A stretch of 64,000 nucleotides of DNA from Patescibacteria group bacterium (GCA_022710775.1 JAKLGH010000001.1:201746-265745), one strand, 5' to 3'; positions 1 through 9,807 are shown, numbered from the stretch's first letter. A program made the numbers and translations. The notes: generated by a model not told the origin, from the letters alone.

Positions 1-1342
1 TGATGCCGCGGATGGTCCGCAGGTCTTCGGCAATAAGAGCCTCGTCGGCGGGTTCGTCGGCGGCGTTTTGCCACGGCTTAACCGACAGATCGAAGGCCGG
101 TTTTTTAGTTAGCCTGGATTCAATGGTTCGCGCCGCGCGATGGCCGAATACCAATCCCTCCAGCAAAGATGTGCTGGCCAGCCGGTTGGCACCGTGCAAG
201 CCGTTGCAGGCAACTTCGCCAATCGCGTAAAGGTTCTTAAGGCTTGTTTCCGCGGTTTCGGGTTTGGCCAGCACGCCGCCGCACGAATAATGGGCGGCCG
301 GCACCACCGGCACCAAATCGGTTAAAATATCGACGCCGTAATCCAGCAGCATTTCCCGGATCGTGGGAAAATAGTCCAAAATTTTCTCGCGCGGAATATA
401 GTCCCGGAAATTCAAATACAGGCTTGGTACCCGGGTGGAAATCATTTCCCGCCACATCGCGCGAGCCACAATGTCGCGCGTAGCCAGATCGGCCCGCTCG
501 TCATATTTCTTTAAGACCGGATTCCCGCTCGCGTCAACAACCTTGGCTCCGGCACCCCGGCAGGCCTCGCTGATCAGTTTCCGCGGCGCGCCGATGCGGT
601 AAAATGCCGTCGGATGGAACTGCACGAATTGCAAGTTCGCGACCCGCGCTTCGGCGCGGTGAGCCATGGCTATGCCGTCGCCGCGCGCGCCCTCGGGATT
701 GGTGGTATGCTCGTATATCTGCCCCAAACCGCCCGTGGCCAAAACCGTCTGCTTGGCCAGGCACCGGACAATGTCTCCGGTTTGCCGGTTTAAAAGATAC
801 GCGCCAACCACCGTTAACGGGCGGTAAACTGCCAGCCGGTCGGCGGAATGGTGCGACGGCGTCAAAAGGTCAACCGCGGTCGCGTTAAGCAAAACCCGGA
901 TGTTTGGGTGCTCCAGCATGGCTTTCGCGAACTTTGACTGGATGGCTTGGCCGGTAGCGTCGGCGCGATGCACGATCCGCGCCACGCTGTGGCCTCCTTC
1001 CTTGACCCGTTCCAAAACGCCGCTCTTTAAGTCGAACTCAACGTCCAGCCGGTGGATCAATGTGTGGTTTACCCGATCCGGGCCTTCTTTGGCCAAGATC
1101 CTGACCGCGGCCGGATTGTTCAAATAACAGCCCGCGGCCATGATCTCTTTGGCCAGGCCGCGAGAATCGTAAACAATGCCGCCTTGGGCCAGCTGGGTGT
1201 TTGATTCCATCAAATCGTCCGCCCTGGTCGCGACCAGCACTTCGAATCCCGCGTCAGCCAGATCCAGGGCCGCGGTTCCGCCGGCGATGCCGCCGCCGAT
1301 CACCAAAACCTCGGTTCTGATCGGTTCTTCAAAATCTCCCAT
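1..1342 (-). CDS. nadB: L-aspartate oxidase, C-terminal end cut by window edge
   Basis: Not in ORF track because it runs off the left edge. Minus-strand translation from ATG 1342 (GGAGG 4 nt upstream) is open to position 2. Motifs: MGDFEEPIRTEVLVIGGGIAGGTAAL (FAD fold), ATGGLGQIYEHTTNPEGARGDGIAMAHRA, HYSCGGV, GLHGANRLASTSLLEGLVFG. Confidence 0.85.
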   Translation of the reverse strand, partial: MGDFEEPIRTEVLVIGGGIAGGTAALDLADAGFEVLVATRADDLMESNTQLAQGGIVYDSRGLAKEIMAAGCYLNNPAAVRILAKEGPDRVNHTLIHRLDVEFDLKSGVLERVKEGGHSVARIVHRADATGQAIQSKFAKAMLEHPNIRVLLNATAVDLLTPSHHSADRLAVYRPLTVVGAYLLNRQTGDIVRCLAKQTVLATGGLGQIYEHTTNPEGARGDGIAMAHRAEARVANLQFVQFHPTAFYRIGAPRKLISEACRGAGAKVVDASGNPVLKKYDERADLATRDIVARAMWREMISTRVPSLYLNFRDYIPREKILDYFPTIREMLLDYGVDILTDLVPVVPAAHYSCGGVLAKPETAETSLKNLYAIGEVACNGLHGANRLASTSLLEGLVFGHRAARTIESRLTKKPAFDLSVKPWQNAADEPADEALIAEDLRTIRGI

Positions 1343-1477
1343 AGTTCCTCCCGTCGTTCTTTGATTGCCGTTATAAATGAGCTGGCAAACTTTCTAAATT
1401 ATAAATAAAATAACTAAAAAGTCAAGATTTGTAACCAAAAAGGAGGGTTGCGTTTCCCTCCTTGCCGCGGTCTTGAG

Positions 1478-2032
1478 CTATGGCTCAAAGACCTCGACCT
1501 TGCTCATATTCAGACTGAAATCCAGCCCGTCTTCGATATCTACGAGGCAATGAGTGAAGTTGATTGCATCGAAGGTCAAGACAAAGGTTTCCTCTTCGCC
1601 TTCATTGGATATGTAATATCCAATTGCTTTGTTCTTATATACCGGATCCCGGTACATCTCAAACAAGGTCTTTTTTGGCGCGCCATACCAGGTCAGGTTA
1701 AACATCCCGTCCGGACCTGGATGAAGGATCACTTGGGCTGCCGGATACCTTTTCAAGAATACCTGCTCGACCTGCGTCTCGTTCAGAGACAGAACAGGTG
1801 TGCAGTTACATTCCTGCTTGTCTGGTGTCAAAAACCACACCAAACTGCCATTCAACCACTCGAAGGTTGGATCATTTTCATCGGGCATATAGCCCGGCAC
1901 TGTGCAGTTCCACTGCGTAGTAACAACCGTGAGGTTGTACTTCGTAAACTGCTCTTCTTCCTGCGCCGCCGCAAAGCAGGCGCAAAACAATACAATGGCC
2001 AAGCTCAGCCAAACTAATTTTTTTATTTGCAC
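1478..2032 (-). CDS. secreted hypothetical protein
   Basis: GTG start with AGAGGGAG RBS. Signal-like N-terminus MQIKKLVWLSLAIVLFCACFAAAQ. Driven by promoter 2149-2177 via a ~110-nt leader. Weak similarity to 42540..43121. Confidence 0.6.
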   Translation of the reverse strand: MQIKKLVWLSLAIVLFCACFAAAQEEEQFTKYNLTVVTTQWNCTVPGYMPDENDPTFEWLNGSLVWFLTPDKQECNCTPVLSLNETQVEQVFLKRYPAAQVILHPGPDGMFNLTWYGAPKKTLFEMYRDPVYKNKAIGYYISNEGEEETFVLTFDAINFTHCLVDIEDGLDFSLNMSKVEVFEP

Positions 2033-2148
2033 GTGGCTCCCTCTTTACTTTTTAAGGATCAGATAAACGATCCCGGCTTTATGCGCCATCAACGCACAAA
2101 GCCGGAGCCGTTTTAAAACAAAACTCAACATACCTTTCTTTTTTTATT

Positions 2149-2177
2149 ATTATAGCATAAAATACTAATTATGTCAA
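2149..2177 (-). promoter_or_regulatory. sigma70-type promoter (TTGACA-17-TGcTATAAT)
   Basis: Reverse complement reads TTGACA (2177-2172), 17-nt spacer, TGC then TATAAT (2154-2149). Confidence 0.6.
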
Positions 2178-2266
2178 TGTATAAAAAGCGCGTGGCTCCA
2201 TAAAAAAGAGTAGTGGGCGTTCAATGTTGAACGCCCCTTTATTTGGAGAAGATTCGAGACCTTCTC

Positions 2267-2368
2267 CTAGATAGCCCCGATTCCGGAGCTAAGATACATG
2301 GTCATCACTGCCAGCATGGCTATGATGCCCATTACTATCTGGCCGTGGCCACTACTTTTTCCACTCAT
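2267..2368 (-). CDS. 33-aa small hydrophobic peptide
   Basis: Below track cutoff. AAGGAGGTGA RBS 9 nt before ATG 2368. Translation MSGKSSGHGQIVMGIIAMLAVMTMYLSSGIGAI with one TM-like stretch. Own promoter (2418-2446) and downstream hairpin GGGCGTTCAACATTGAACGCCC plus T-run. Confidence 0.45.
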   Translation of the reverse strand: MSGKSSGHGQIVMGIIAMLAVMTMYLSSGIGAI

Positions 2369-2417
2369 TCTCATTCACCTCCTTATATTAATCTAATGAG
2401 CTTGTTTCTATACTTTA

Positions 2418-2446
2418 ATTATAGCATAAAATTCAAATTTAGTCAA
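2418..2446 (-). promoter_or_regulatory. sigma70-type promoter (TTGACT-17-TGcTATAAT)
   Basis: Reverse complement: TTGACT 2446-2441, 17-nt spacer, TGC, TATAAT 2423-2418. Confidence 0.6.
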
Positions 2447-2475
2447 GAAAAAACCGGGGTAATTTTCCCGGTCAA

Positions 2476-2919
2476 TTAACTGGTTTTTGCGGAGCTTTTC
2501 TCCCCTCCTCTTTTGGCGTCAAGCTTCTTCTTAATCAAGGCCGCGATGCGGTCGGCCTCTTCGAGGCGCGAGAATGGGTCCTTTTTCTTATCCAGAACCG
2601 CCAAACCAAACCGGCCGAAAGCCGAAGCCAATTCCAATAATTCATACCTCATGCATTCTTCTTCGTTATCGTCTATGGTTATGCCCGCTTGCGACAACCA
2701 AGCGTCAACACAAGTGGCGATGAAGAAAATCCGGTCGCCCCGCTCTTCATATGTCTCCTTGGTTATGATCCTACCGAAACTGTCATCTTCGATCAGGCCC
2801 GGATCTTTGGCCGCCATTTTCTTCATCAGCGCCCTTAATTCGATTTCCCTTGGCTCTGGTTTGCTCTTCAAGTCCAATCCTCCGCGTTGCATAATAAACA
2901 AAAAGTTTATTTGTGTCAA
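2476..2919 (-). CDS. hypothetical protein
   Basis: ORF in track. A TTGACA-17-TATTAT promoter overlaps codons 1-10, so the true start is probably internal (M32 at 2826). No recognisable motif. Confidence 0.5.
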   Translation of the reverse strand: MTQINFLFIMQRGGLDLKSKPEPREIELRALMKKMAAKDPGLIEDDSFGRIITKETYEERGDRIFFIATCVDAWLSQAGITIDDNEEECMRYELLELASAFGRFGLAVLDKKKDPFSRLEEADRIAALIKKKLDAKRGGEKSSAKTS

Positions 2920-2951
2920 ATCAAGCCTTCGTCTACAACGTCTTTTTTGGC

Positions 2952-2979
2952 TTGCTTAAATATTCTTTTATGTTATAAT
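2952..2979 (+). promoter_or_regulatory. sigma70-type promoter of the helicase gene
   Basis: TTGCTT 2952-2957, 16-nt spacer ending TGT, TATAAT 2974-2979. Leaves a ~180-nt leader. Confidence 0.55.
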
Positions 2980-3168
2980 GAATGTAGCGAAAAAATTGTT
3001 CTATAGATTTCCGAATGCGGAGCAGCATCATGTTCCGGCGATCAATTATTCGATGTTCTATAGAAAGCCGCAAACCGTATTTCTGCGGCGACAATACTAA
3101 GAATATCAATCATTAATCGCGCTGGCCATTCTATCCATTCTTGCTATTTCGCGGCAGCCAAAATATCT

Positions 3169-4410
3169 ATGAACAGTTACCCTCGTTTTGCGCGCGGCGC
3201 AAAACAAAGACCATCGGGCGCTCGAAGCGCCAGAAGCGGAGGTTTTTTCAATCCCCGCAATTCATACAACAACCGGAACCGGCGGGCTGGAAGCGGCGGA
3301 GGATACCGCGAACACATCGACATCTCAAGGTTTGTGAAACAAGCGGCGGGCGAGATCCAATCAACACCGGTTTCGATCACCAACCGTTTTGAGGATTTCG
3401 ACCTTTCCCCGATCCTGAAAAGTAATATCAAAAAACTCGGGTTTTCAATACCGACTCCGATCCAGGATCAGGCTATGCCGCTGGTCCTTAAAGGCTCAGA
3501 CGTTATCGGCCTGGCCAACACCGGAACCGGCAAAACGGCCGCCTATCTTCTGCCGATTATCGAAAAAATTTTAAAAGACAACCGCAGCGAAGCGGTCATT
3601 ATCGCGCCGACGCGCGAACTGGCCTTGCAAATCGATAACGATTTTAAAAATTTGTCCCGCCTAACAGGAATCAGTTCCGCCGTCCTGGTGGGAGGAATGC
3701 CTTCACGTCCGCAAATGCAGCAGCTAAGATACCGGCCCAACGTTGTTATCGGAACACCCGGCAGGCTCAAGGATTTCCAACAGCGACGCCTGGTTAATTT
3801 TTCCCATTTTGCCACGGTTGTCCTTGACGAAGTCGACCGCATGCTGGATATGGGCTTCATCAACGATATTAAAGAAATAATCGGCCAGCTTCCAAAAAAC
3901 CGGCAATCGCTGTTTTTTTCGGCAACCATGCCCGATCGCATCCGGACTTTATCCGAACAGTTCCTCAAAGAACCGGTGATCGTTTCGATAGGATCCAACC
4001 AAACCGCGGATCACGTTGAACAAAACGTCATTAAAACCAGCAGCGCCTACGAAAAAATCGACGAACTGAAAAAATTACTGTCCCAGCCCGGAGCCGATAA
4101 AGTTCTTATCTTTTCCGATACCAAGCGGAGCGTTGAAAAGCTTAGCGAGGAATTGAAACGGGAAGGTTTTAAAACCGAATCGATCCACGGGAACAAACGG
4201 CAGAGCCAGCGGCAAAAAGCGCTGGATGAATTCCGCCAAAACAAGATCAACGTCCTGGTTGCTACCGATGTCGCCGCGCGGGGCCTGGATATTAAAAACG
4301 TTACTCACGTTATCAACTTTACTGTCCCGCATACCTATGATGATTATATCCACCGCATAGGAAGAACCGGCCGGGCAAATTGCAAAGGAATCGCTTATAC
4401 TTTTGCTTAA
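3169..4410 (+). CDS. DEAD-box ATP-dependent RNA helicase with RG-rich N-terminus
   Basis: Q-motif region PTPIQ, motif I ANTGTGKTAAYLLP, PTRELA, motif II DEVD, SAT, HRIGRTGRA. Confidence 0.9.
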   Translation: MNSYPRFARGAKQRPSGARSARSGGFFNPRNSYNNRNRRAGSGGGYREHIDISRFVKQAAGEIQSTPVSITNRFEDFDLSPILKSNIKKLGFSIPTPIQDQAMPLVLKGSDVIGLANTGTGKTAAYLLPIIEKILKDNRSEAVIIAPTRELALQIDNDFKNLSRLTGISSAVLVGGMPSRPQMQQLRYRPNVVIGTPGRLKDFQQRRLVNFSHFATVVLDEVDRMLDMGFINDIKEIIGQLPKNRQSLFFSATMPDRIRTLSEQFLKEPVIVSIGSNQTADHVEQNVIKTSSAYEKIDELKKLLSQPGADKVLIFSDTKRSVEKLSEELKREGFKTESIHGNKRQSQRQKALDEFRQNKINVLVATDVAARGLDIKNVTHVINFTVPHTYDDYIHRIGRTGRANCKGIAYTFA

Positions 4411-4548
4411 AAAAACTGCCAAACAAAACACAGCCCTTAAGGCTGTTTTTTGTTTGGTTCCGGTATTTGCTATTTTAAAAATTAAACGCGCCAAAACAAA
4501 GCCTCGATATATTCCGCCGGATCAATAAAAAAAGGAAGCTGCCTTCCT

Positions 4549-4908
4549 TTACACGGGTACGATATCGTCGGGCAGCCACGGCGCCTTGATAATTAAGGCC
4601 TGCGCGTCATCGCTCGCCCAGACGATTTGCGATACCGAACCCGGCTTCTTAAATAAAAATTCGCCGGGCGCAAGATAAATCTCCTCGCCTTCTATTTCGA
4701 TCTTTAAAACTCCTTTGAGTCCCAGTATCACTTCATCGGTATCCTGGTGGAAATGCCTTTTGGATGGTAAGTCATCCACTCCGGATTTCCACACCCCGAG
4801 GAACAATTCATTCGAATCAAACAGCCGATCAAAACCCGGTTGGCCCGGTAGACTCCCTATCAGGCGTCCACCCGGACCGGGTTTGTCTATATCGCCTACG
4901 GCAAACAT
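4549..4908 (-). CDS. cupin-domain protein
   Basis: HFHQDTDEVILGLKGVLKIEIEGEEIYLAPGEF resembles the cupin two-motif core. Start moved to ATG 4908 (GGAGGGG 8 nt upstream). Confidence 0.55.
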   Translation of the reverse strand: MFAVGDIDKPGPGGRLIGSLPGQPGFDRLFDSNELFLGVWKSGVDDLPSKRHFHQDTDEVILGLKGVLKIEIEGEEIYLAPGEFLFKKPGSVSQIVWASDDAQALIIKAPWLPDDIVPV

Positions 4909-4909
4909 T

Positions 4910-5389
4910 TTATTCCCCTCCGGCTTGCGCCCCAAAGATCATCGGGCGGCCGTCTTTCCAATCAATCCAAGGTTTTTGAATCAAGGATTGGATGTGGTCC
5001 ATGATAGCGATCAATAAAAGGCCTTTATAATTCTTTCCTCTGGGGTCAGGCCAGTACGTTGAACTTTCTTCCCATAGTGTTCGGCGATAAAACCAATGCT
5101 TTTCTGTTCCTTCTTTATACGATCCCTTGCGGAAAATCACGGTATTGTAGCCAGCTTCCTTGGGAAAATCCTGAGCCATGATCTCTTCGGCATAATGCCG
5201 TTTGTAAAGGTTCTGCACGGAAAACGCGCAATAGCTCGCGATCATTCCAAGCTCCTCGTCCGTCGGCATCGTCGAATCCCAGTCTAATGATACGATCCAA
5301 TAAGTCCCCGGCCAGGCCGATTCAACGGGTATCCGGAACACTTCCTGGATACGCTCTATTTCCTCCTTGCTTAACGCGTGTTCAGCCAT
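4910..5389 (-). CDS. hypothetical protein
   Basis: ORF in track. Start moved to ATG 5389 (CAGGAGGTCAAA upstream) instead of TTG 5461. Confidence 0.55.
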   Translation of the reverse strand: MAEHALSKEEIERIQEVFRIPVESAWPGTYWIVSLDWDSTMPTDEELGMIASYCAFSVQNLYKRHYAEEIMAQDFPKEAGYNTVIFRKGSYKEGTEKHWFYRRTLWEESSTYWPDPRGKNYKGLLLIAIMDHIQSLIQKPWIDWKDGRPMIFGAQAGGE

Positions 5390-5457
5390 TTTGACCTCCT
5401 GTCTAAATTTGGCTGGAAGCATTTTTACATTGAGAAATGCTTTTGTCAACCTAAACT

Positions 5458-7116
5458 TCAATTTTTATCCTGCTGATCAAAAAAAAGGCGGACAACGCGC
5501 AACTCTTCATAAGTCGCTTTTTCCTTCAATAGTTCTTTGGCGCGCGCGAGCGGATAATCTCCGGCGCCGGTTTTAAAGCGCGAAATCGCCTTTTTCATCA
5601 TTCCGACTCTCTTGATACCGATCTTGTCTTGCAAATAACCGATATCGGGCAGCCGCCCCTGTTTTTTCATTTTTTCCAGATGCGATATTATTGTATCCGT
5701 CTTTAATTTTCTAATTGACGCGATATCGTTAAGCGGAATTTTTTGTTCGATCATCAGCCGCGTTTGTTCAATCGTCGGAACATCGTATTTTTTATGCGAG
5801 CGGCGAAGATCCGGCGTTTTATCCGCTCCGCCGCCGTATAAAAACGCTTTTTCCCGCGCTTCGCGAAGCTCTTTAGCGTGCTTTTCGGAATCTTTTCTTA
5901 ATTCCGCGTCGAATTCCAAAACCTCCTCGTCAACCCGCAAAGCGTTCTCATTGAAGCCTACCAGAGTCAAGCCGTCCAAGGTTCGAACGCGCGACAATGC
6001 CACATAGCCCATTCCGCGCTCAAACGACCGGGTCAGATCGATCTTGGCCGCGTCCAGACTCATTCCTTGGCTCTTATGAACCGTGATCGCCCAGGCCAAG
6101 CGCAACGGATACTGCATTATCTCGGCCTTGACCTTTCCGTTTTCCTCGATGATCCAGCTGGCCATCCCAACGTAAAACCGCCGGCCGTTATCCGCCATAA
6201 CAGTGATCCGATTATCGTCCAGATCTTCCACTACGCCCATTGTCCCGTTCACATAGCCTTCCTCGAAATTGTTTTTTACAAACATCACCCGCGCCCCAAC
6301 CTTCAGCTTTAACACGTCGGGGGCAAGACAGCCCCGCTTGATCATTTCAATCAGGTTATTCCCGCCCCGCGCTTCCATTTTATATTCGCAAGGCTTGCCG
6401 GCAATCTTCATCAGCTCCAGCGAATTCTCCAGATCGACATCGCAATTCAGGCAATAAAGCTTGGTTGGTTTTAGTTCTTTTTTTATGCCGCTGCCGATGC
6501 GGCTTTCCAAATGCTTCCGTTCGCGGCTTGTCACAGCGTTGCCCCTGATCGCGTTCAAAACGTCGATGAAATCGCTGTCGTTCTGCCGGTGTTGTTCGTC
6601 TAAATAGCAGATCTTCAGATCGAGCAGCTGCCAGGCCAGTGAATGGTAAACGAACCGCGCCGGCGGCTCGTCTTGCCTGGCTACCGGCGGAAGCTGGAAA
6701 AAATCTCCACACAGCACCACTTGCACGCCGCCAAACGGCAGATTGTTGCCTTTGAACTCCTTAAAGATCCGGTCAAGCAGATCCAGCCGGTAATGGTGAA
6801 GCATCGATATCTCGTCGATCACCAAGACCTCGGTTTTTTTATACCGGCTCTTCAGATAATATCTTTCCTTGAGATCCTTTACGGTTTTTCCGTCCAGGCT
6901 ATCCCGGACGCCCAGCCCGGACCAGGAATGGATCGTCATCCCATTAATGTGGGTGGCTGCGATTCCGGTCGAAGCGGTTATCGCTATGCCAATATTGCGT
7001 TGCTTGAGATATTCAATATAACGGTTTAACAAAAAGGTTTTGCCGCTTCCCGCGGCTCCCGTAATGAAAACATTATTGCCCCTTTTGAGGATTTCGAGCG
7101 CTTCATTCTGTTTCAT
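5458..7116 (-). CDS. PIF1/RecD-family ATP-dependent DNA helicase
   Basis: Walker A GAAGSGKTF, DEISML, the Pif1-type stretch FGGVQVVLCGDFFQLPPV, and C-terminal HKSQG. Confidence 0.85.
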   Translation of the reverse strand: MKQNEALEILKRGNNVFITGAAGSGKTFLLNRYIEYLKQRNIGIAITASTGIAATHINGMTIHSWSGLGVRDSLDGKTVKDLKERYYLKSRYKKTEVLVIDEISMLHHYRLDLLDRIFKEFKGNNLPFGGVQVVLCGDFFQLPPVARQDEPPARFVYHSLAWQLLDLKICYLDEQHRQNDSDFIDVLNAIRGNAVTSRERKHLESRIGSGIKKELKPTKLYCLNCDVDLENSLELMKIAGKPCEYKMEARGGNNLIEMIKRGCLAPDVLKLKVGARVMFVKNNFEEGYVNGTMGVVEDLDDNRITVMADNGRRFYVGMASWIIEENGKVKAEIMQYPLRLAWAITVHKSQGMSLDAAKIDLTRSFERGMGYVALSRVRTLDGLTLVGFNENALRVDEEVLEFDAELRKDSEKHAKELREAREKAFLYGGGADKTPDLRRSHKKYDVPTIEQTRLMIEQKIPLNDIASIRKLKTDTIISHLEKMKKQGRLPDIGYLQDKIGIKRVGMMKKAISRFKTGAGDYPLARAKELLKEKATYEELRVVRLFFDQQDKN

Positions 7117-7225
7117 TTTTCGACTTAAAGTAATAGCTTTATTCTATCCCTTGGAATAATAAGCCGCAAGTAAAAAAAGCTGCTGGGTTGGAGCAGCTGT
7201 TTTCCGCCGTTAAGGTTATTTTTTG

Positions 7226-7765
7226 CTAATCCGGCACTTCGGCAGCGCCGGTGTTTTTGCAGGGGCAATCCGGATCCCCGAATCCTTTCATTCCGGGGCC
7301 GGGACGCCCGCCCATGCCGCGTCCGCCGATCATCATATATCCTTTTGGAATATTGTTGTCTTCTGCCCATTGCTTCAAATCAGCCATTTGAGCTTTAACC
7401 GCAGTGCGGATTTCTTCTTTTGTCTTTCCCCGCATTTCTGTCCTTAACTTTTCCATATCTGACTGCTTGGCCCTGATTCCGTCCGCTTGCGCCTGGGTAA
7501 GTTTTCCGGCGGCAACCGCGTTGTTCAGGCGGTCCTCGAAATTTTTCACCCTCTGGGCCGCCATTCTGGTTTTTTGCTCGTCAAAAACTGATTGCACCTC
7601 TTGTGCGTCAAGATTGAATTTTGAAGCAATTGCCGTTGCTAGCCGGTTGATCGGATTTGTTTTTTCCGCTGTTTCCGTTGCGGCATAAGCCGAACCGATT
7701 CCTGCGGCTGACAGCGCCAATACGGCTGACAGCGCCATAATTGTCTGTTTTTTGGTAATTGTCAT
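7226..7765 (-). CDS. secreted coiled-coil protein
   Basis: Signal-like MTITKKQTIMALSAVLALSAAGIGSAYA from ATG 7765. Gly-rich C-terminus. Terminator hairpin at 7178-7205. Confidence 0.55.
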   Translation of the reverse strand: MTITKKQTIMALSAVLALSAAGIGSAYAATETAEKTNPINRLATAIASKFNLDAQEVQSVFDEQKTRMAAQRVKNFEDRLNNAVAAGKLTQAQADGIRAKQSDMEKLRTEMRGKTKEEIRTAVKAQMADLKQWAEDNNIPKGYMMIGGRGMGGRPGPGMKGFGDPDCPCKNTGAAEVPD

Positions 7766-7967
7766 ATATTTTACTGCTATTATCGCCATCGGGCCTGCGC
7801 CGCCTGATGGCTTTTGGAAAAACCCGGGTATCCATAACATTACTACAAGCCGGAAACTATATTATTTCATCAAGCATCCGCCTGAAATCAGCCAACAAAA
7901 AAATTCTCGCTAAGAACCAAAAAGGGCGCGGTTTTTCGATCGCGCCCTTGCTTTACTTAAAAACCGG

Positions 7968-8678
7968 TTAGTTGCCCGCCGGACAGTTTTGTTTTTTACA
8001 CATTTCCCTCGTTTCCGCCGAAGGGAACATTTCGCAGGCTTCGCACGCGTTTGCCGGAGCGTTTTTCAGCATATTATTGGTCTGGTTCGTAAAATCATCA
8101 AACTCGATACCGGCGGGAAGATCGAATAGCGAAGCGTTAACCGTCCAAGGCAAACAGGAGAATTTCATTGATCTTTCCATATTAATGCCCCCGTTTTCTT
8201 TAAATGCCGGCTGGTCAGACTGTTTGGGCTTATCCAATTCCGTAAATTTTATCTTCATTCCGGTTACCGGAACCGACATTCCCGGCACATTGCTTTCGTT
8301 CCAAATATATTCCCAATCGTCTTTTACGATCACAAAAACCTTATTCTCGTTTCCGGCGATCTTCGCGTTTACTTCCATTCTCATGTTTTTACCGTCCGAA
8401 TATATCGTTTGGCTTTGCTTTTCCCCCTCTAAATCATATTCGGCCGTGCATTTCATCGCCGTTTTTTTGGTTAACAGGTCTTTAATGGTTCCGCTAAACG
8501 AATTTTCCCCGTTTTTCTCATTTTTACCGCCTCCGTTCTCATTTTCGCCTTTAACGTTCAAATCGCCCTTGAGATTGGCAGAATCGTTTTCCCGGTCATC
8601 GTTATTACTCATGAACACCAGCCAAATACCAGCGATCACGACTATACCGGCGATTGTTGCGATTAATACTTTTTTCAT
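7968..8678 (-). CDS. membrane-anchored exported protein (family with 14678..15259)
   Basis: N-terminal TM KKVLIATIAGIVVIAGIWLVF. Shares blocks with 14678..15259: IKDLL..KC.AEY and VFVIVKDDWEYIWNE versus VHVIIDNGIEYVWPE. Confidence 0.65.
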   Translation of the reverse strand: MKKVLIATIAGIVVIAGIWLVFMSNNDDRENDSANLKGDLNVKGENENGGGKNEKNGENSFSGTIKDLLTKKTAMKCTAEYDLEGEKQSQTIYSDGKNMRMEVNAKIAGNENKVFVIVKDDWEYIWNESNVPGMSVPVTGMKIKFTELDKPKQSDQPAFKENGGINMERSMKFSCLPWTVNASLFDLPAGIEFDDFTNQTNNMLKNAPANACEACEMFPSAETREMCKKQNCPAGN

Positions 8679-8919
8679 TTTTTTATTTATTTTTAAACTT
8701 AATTTATTTTATCATTTCCTGCCTTAACCGCAAACTTTCTAAAATTTTTTAATGATTAAGTTTAAAGGTCAAAATATTTTTTTCCATTTAAAACGCCTAA
8801 TTCCCCTTTCTTTCCATTCCTATGAAAACGGGAACCAAACCATAGTCTTTCTTCTTAGCCTTGCCTCTATTAAAAAAAATAAAACCCCTATTTGGGGTTT
8901 GTTTTTTCTCAACTGGCGT

Positions 8920-9474
8920 CTATTGCATTGTTTCCTTAACCATATCTTGCCAGGCCTTTTCATCGTTAATATTCCATTTAAGGCGGTTAATGATCAGCGA
9001 TTCATTGACGATAAAATGAATATTTTGCCCTTGATTTAAGCCTAAGTCTTTGAATCTTGCCCTCAATTCACCGTTATAAGGGCTGGGAACTTCACTATCG
9101 CCGATGATATGGCATATTGCTTCGAAAGCCGGATCCGGCAAGGTTTCGTGTTCGCGTGCCCGGCAACCCAAAGCATCGTCAACCATAAGAACAAGCTCTG
9201 AAAGCGTCATACCTTTTTCGCCCGGCAGCGTTTCTTTCGTTGTCGATGAGACGATGAAATTATGCTTTGCCCACAATCCGGTTCCCAAGCCGCCGCTGGC
9301 CTTTAAAATGTTTTCTTCGCTGGCGATAAGATTTGTTTGCTGTTCCTTGGTTAATTTTAAAAGATTTAAACGCCGGAATAGTTCTTTTTTGTTCGCGGTT
9401 CCGCCCAAAAAGATCAGTTCCGAAGTCAAGCGATCGTCGGGATCGTTTTCCTTTACAATCAAAGATTGCATCAT
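8920..9474 (-). CDS. hypothetical protein
   Basis: ORF in track; no recognisable motif. Confidence 0.5.
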   Translation of the reverse strand: MMQSLIVKENDPDDRLTSELIFLGGTANKKELFRRLNLLKLTKEQQTNLIASEENILKASGGLGTGLWAKHNFIVSSTTKETLPGEKGMTLSELVLMVDDALGCRAREHETLPDPAFEAICHIIGDSEVPSPYNGELRARFKDLGLNQGQNIHFIVNESLIINRLKWNINDEKAWQDMVKETMQ

Positions 9475-9597
9475 TTAACCTCCGAAAACGATGCTAGCAT
9501 GTCAAAAGCGATCTTTCAAGCTCTTTTGGCAAAAAATTAATTAAACGGCTTGGCCGGCGTGGTAAAAAAAATGAGACTGGTAATTTTATCTCATTTC

Positions 9598-9807
9598 TCA
9601 TTGGTAGCCGTCGATAACTTCATTTATGATGTGAAATTTCACGGCGGCTTCCTGAAGCATTGCTATCATCTGGAACGCGGCCTGCGCCGCGTCCTCGGGC
9701 TTCAGGACGATTTTAGTTTGCTCGCTTCCTCTTTCCGCCAAAATTACCATATTGGGCCCTTCCATTGCGAACCCAATCCGGTCGGCCGTATCTTGCATTT
9801 TCTTCAC
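9598..9807 (-). CDS. hypothetical small protein
   Basis: AGGGAGGTGAAGAAA RBS before ATG 9807. Consensus promoter TTGACA 9851-9846, 17 nt, TGT-TATAAT 9828-9823. Confidence 0.55.
   Translation of the reverse strand: MKKMQDTADRIGFAMEGPNMVILAERGSEQTKIVLKPEDAAQAAFQMIAMLQEAAVKFHIINEVIDGYQ

Noticed and set aside
7972-8727. 251-aa plus-strand ORF antisense to 7968..8678
   Set aside because: The translation is Ser/Phe/Leu-rich and low-complexity. The minus-strand ORF has an N-terminal anchor and a paralogue elsewhere.
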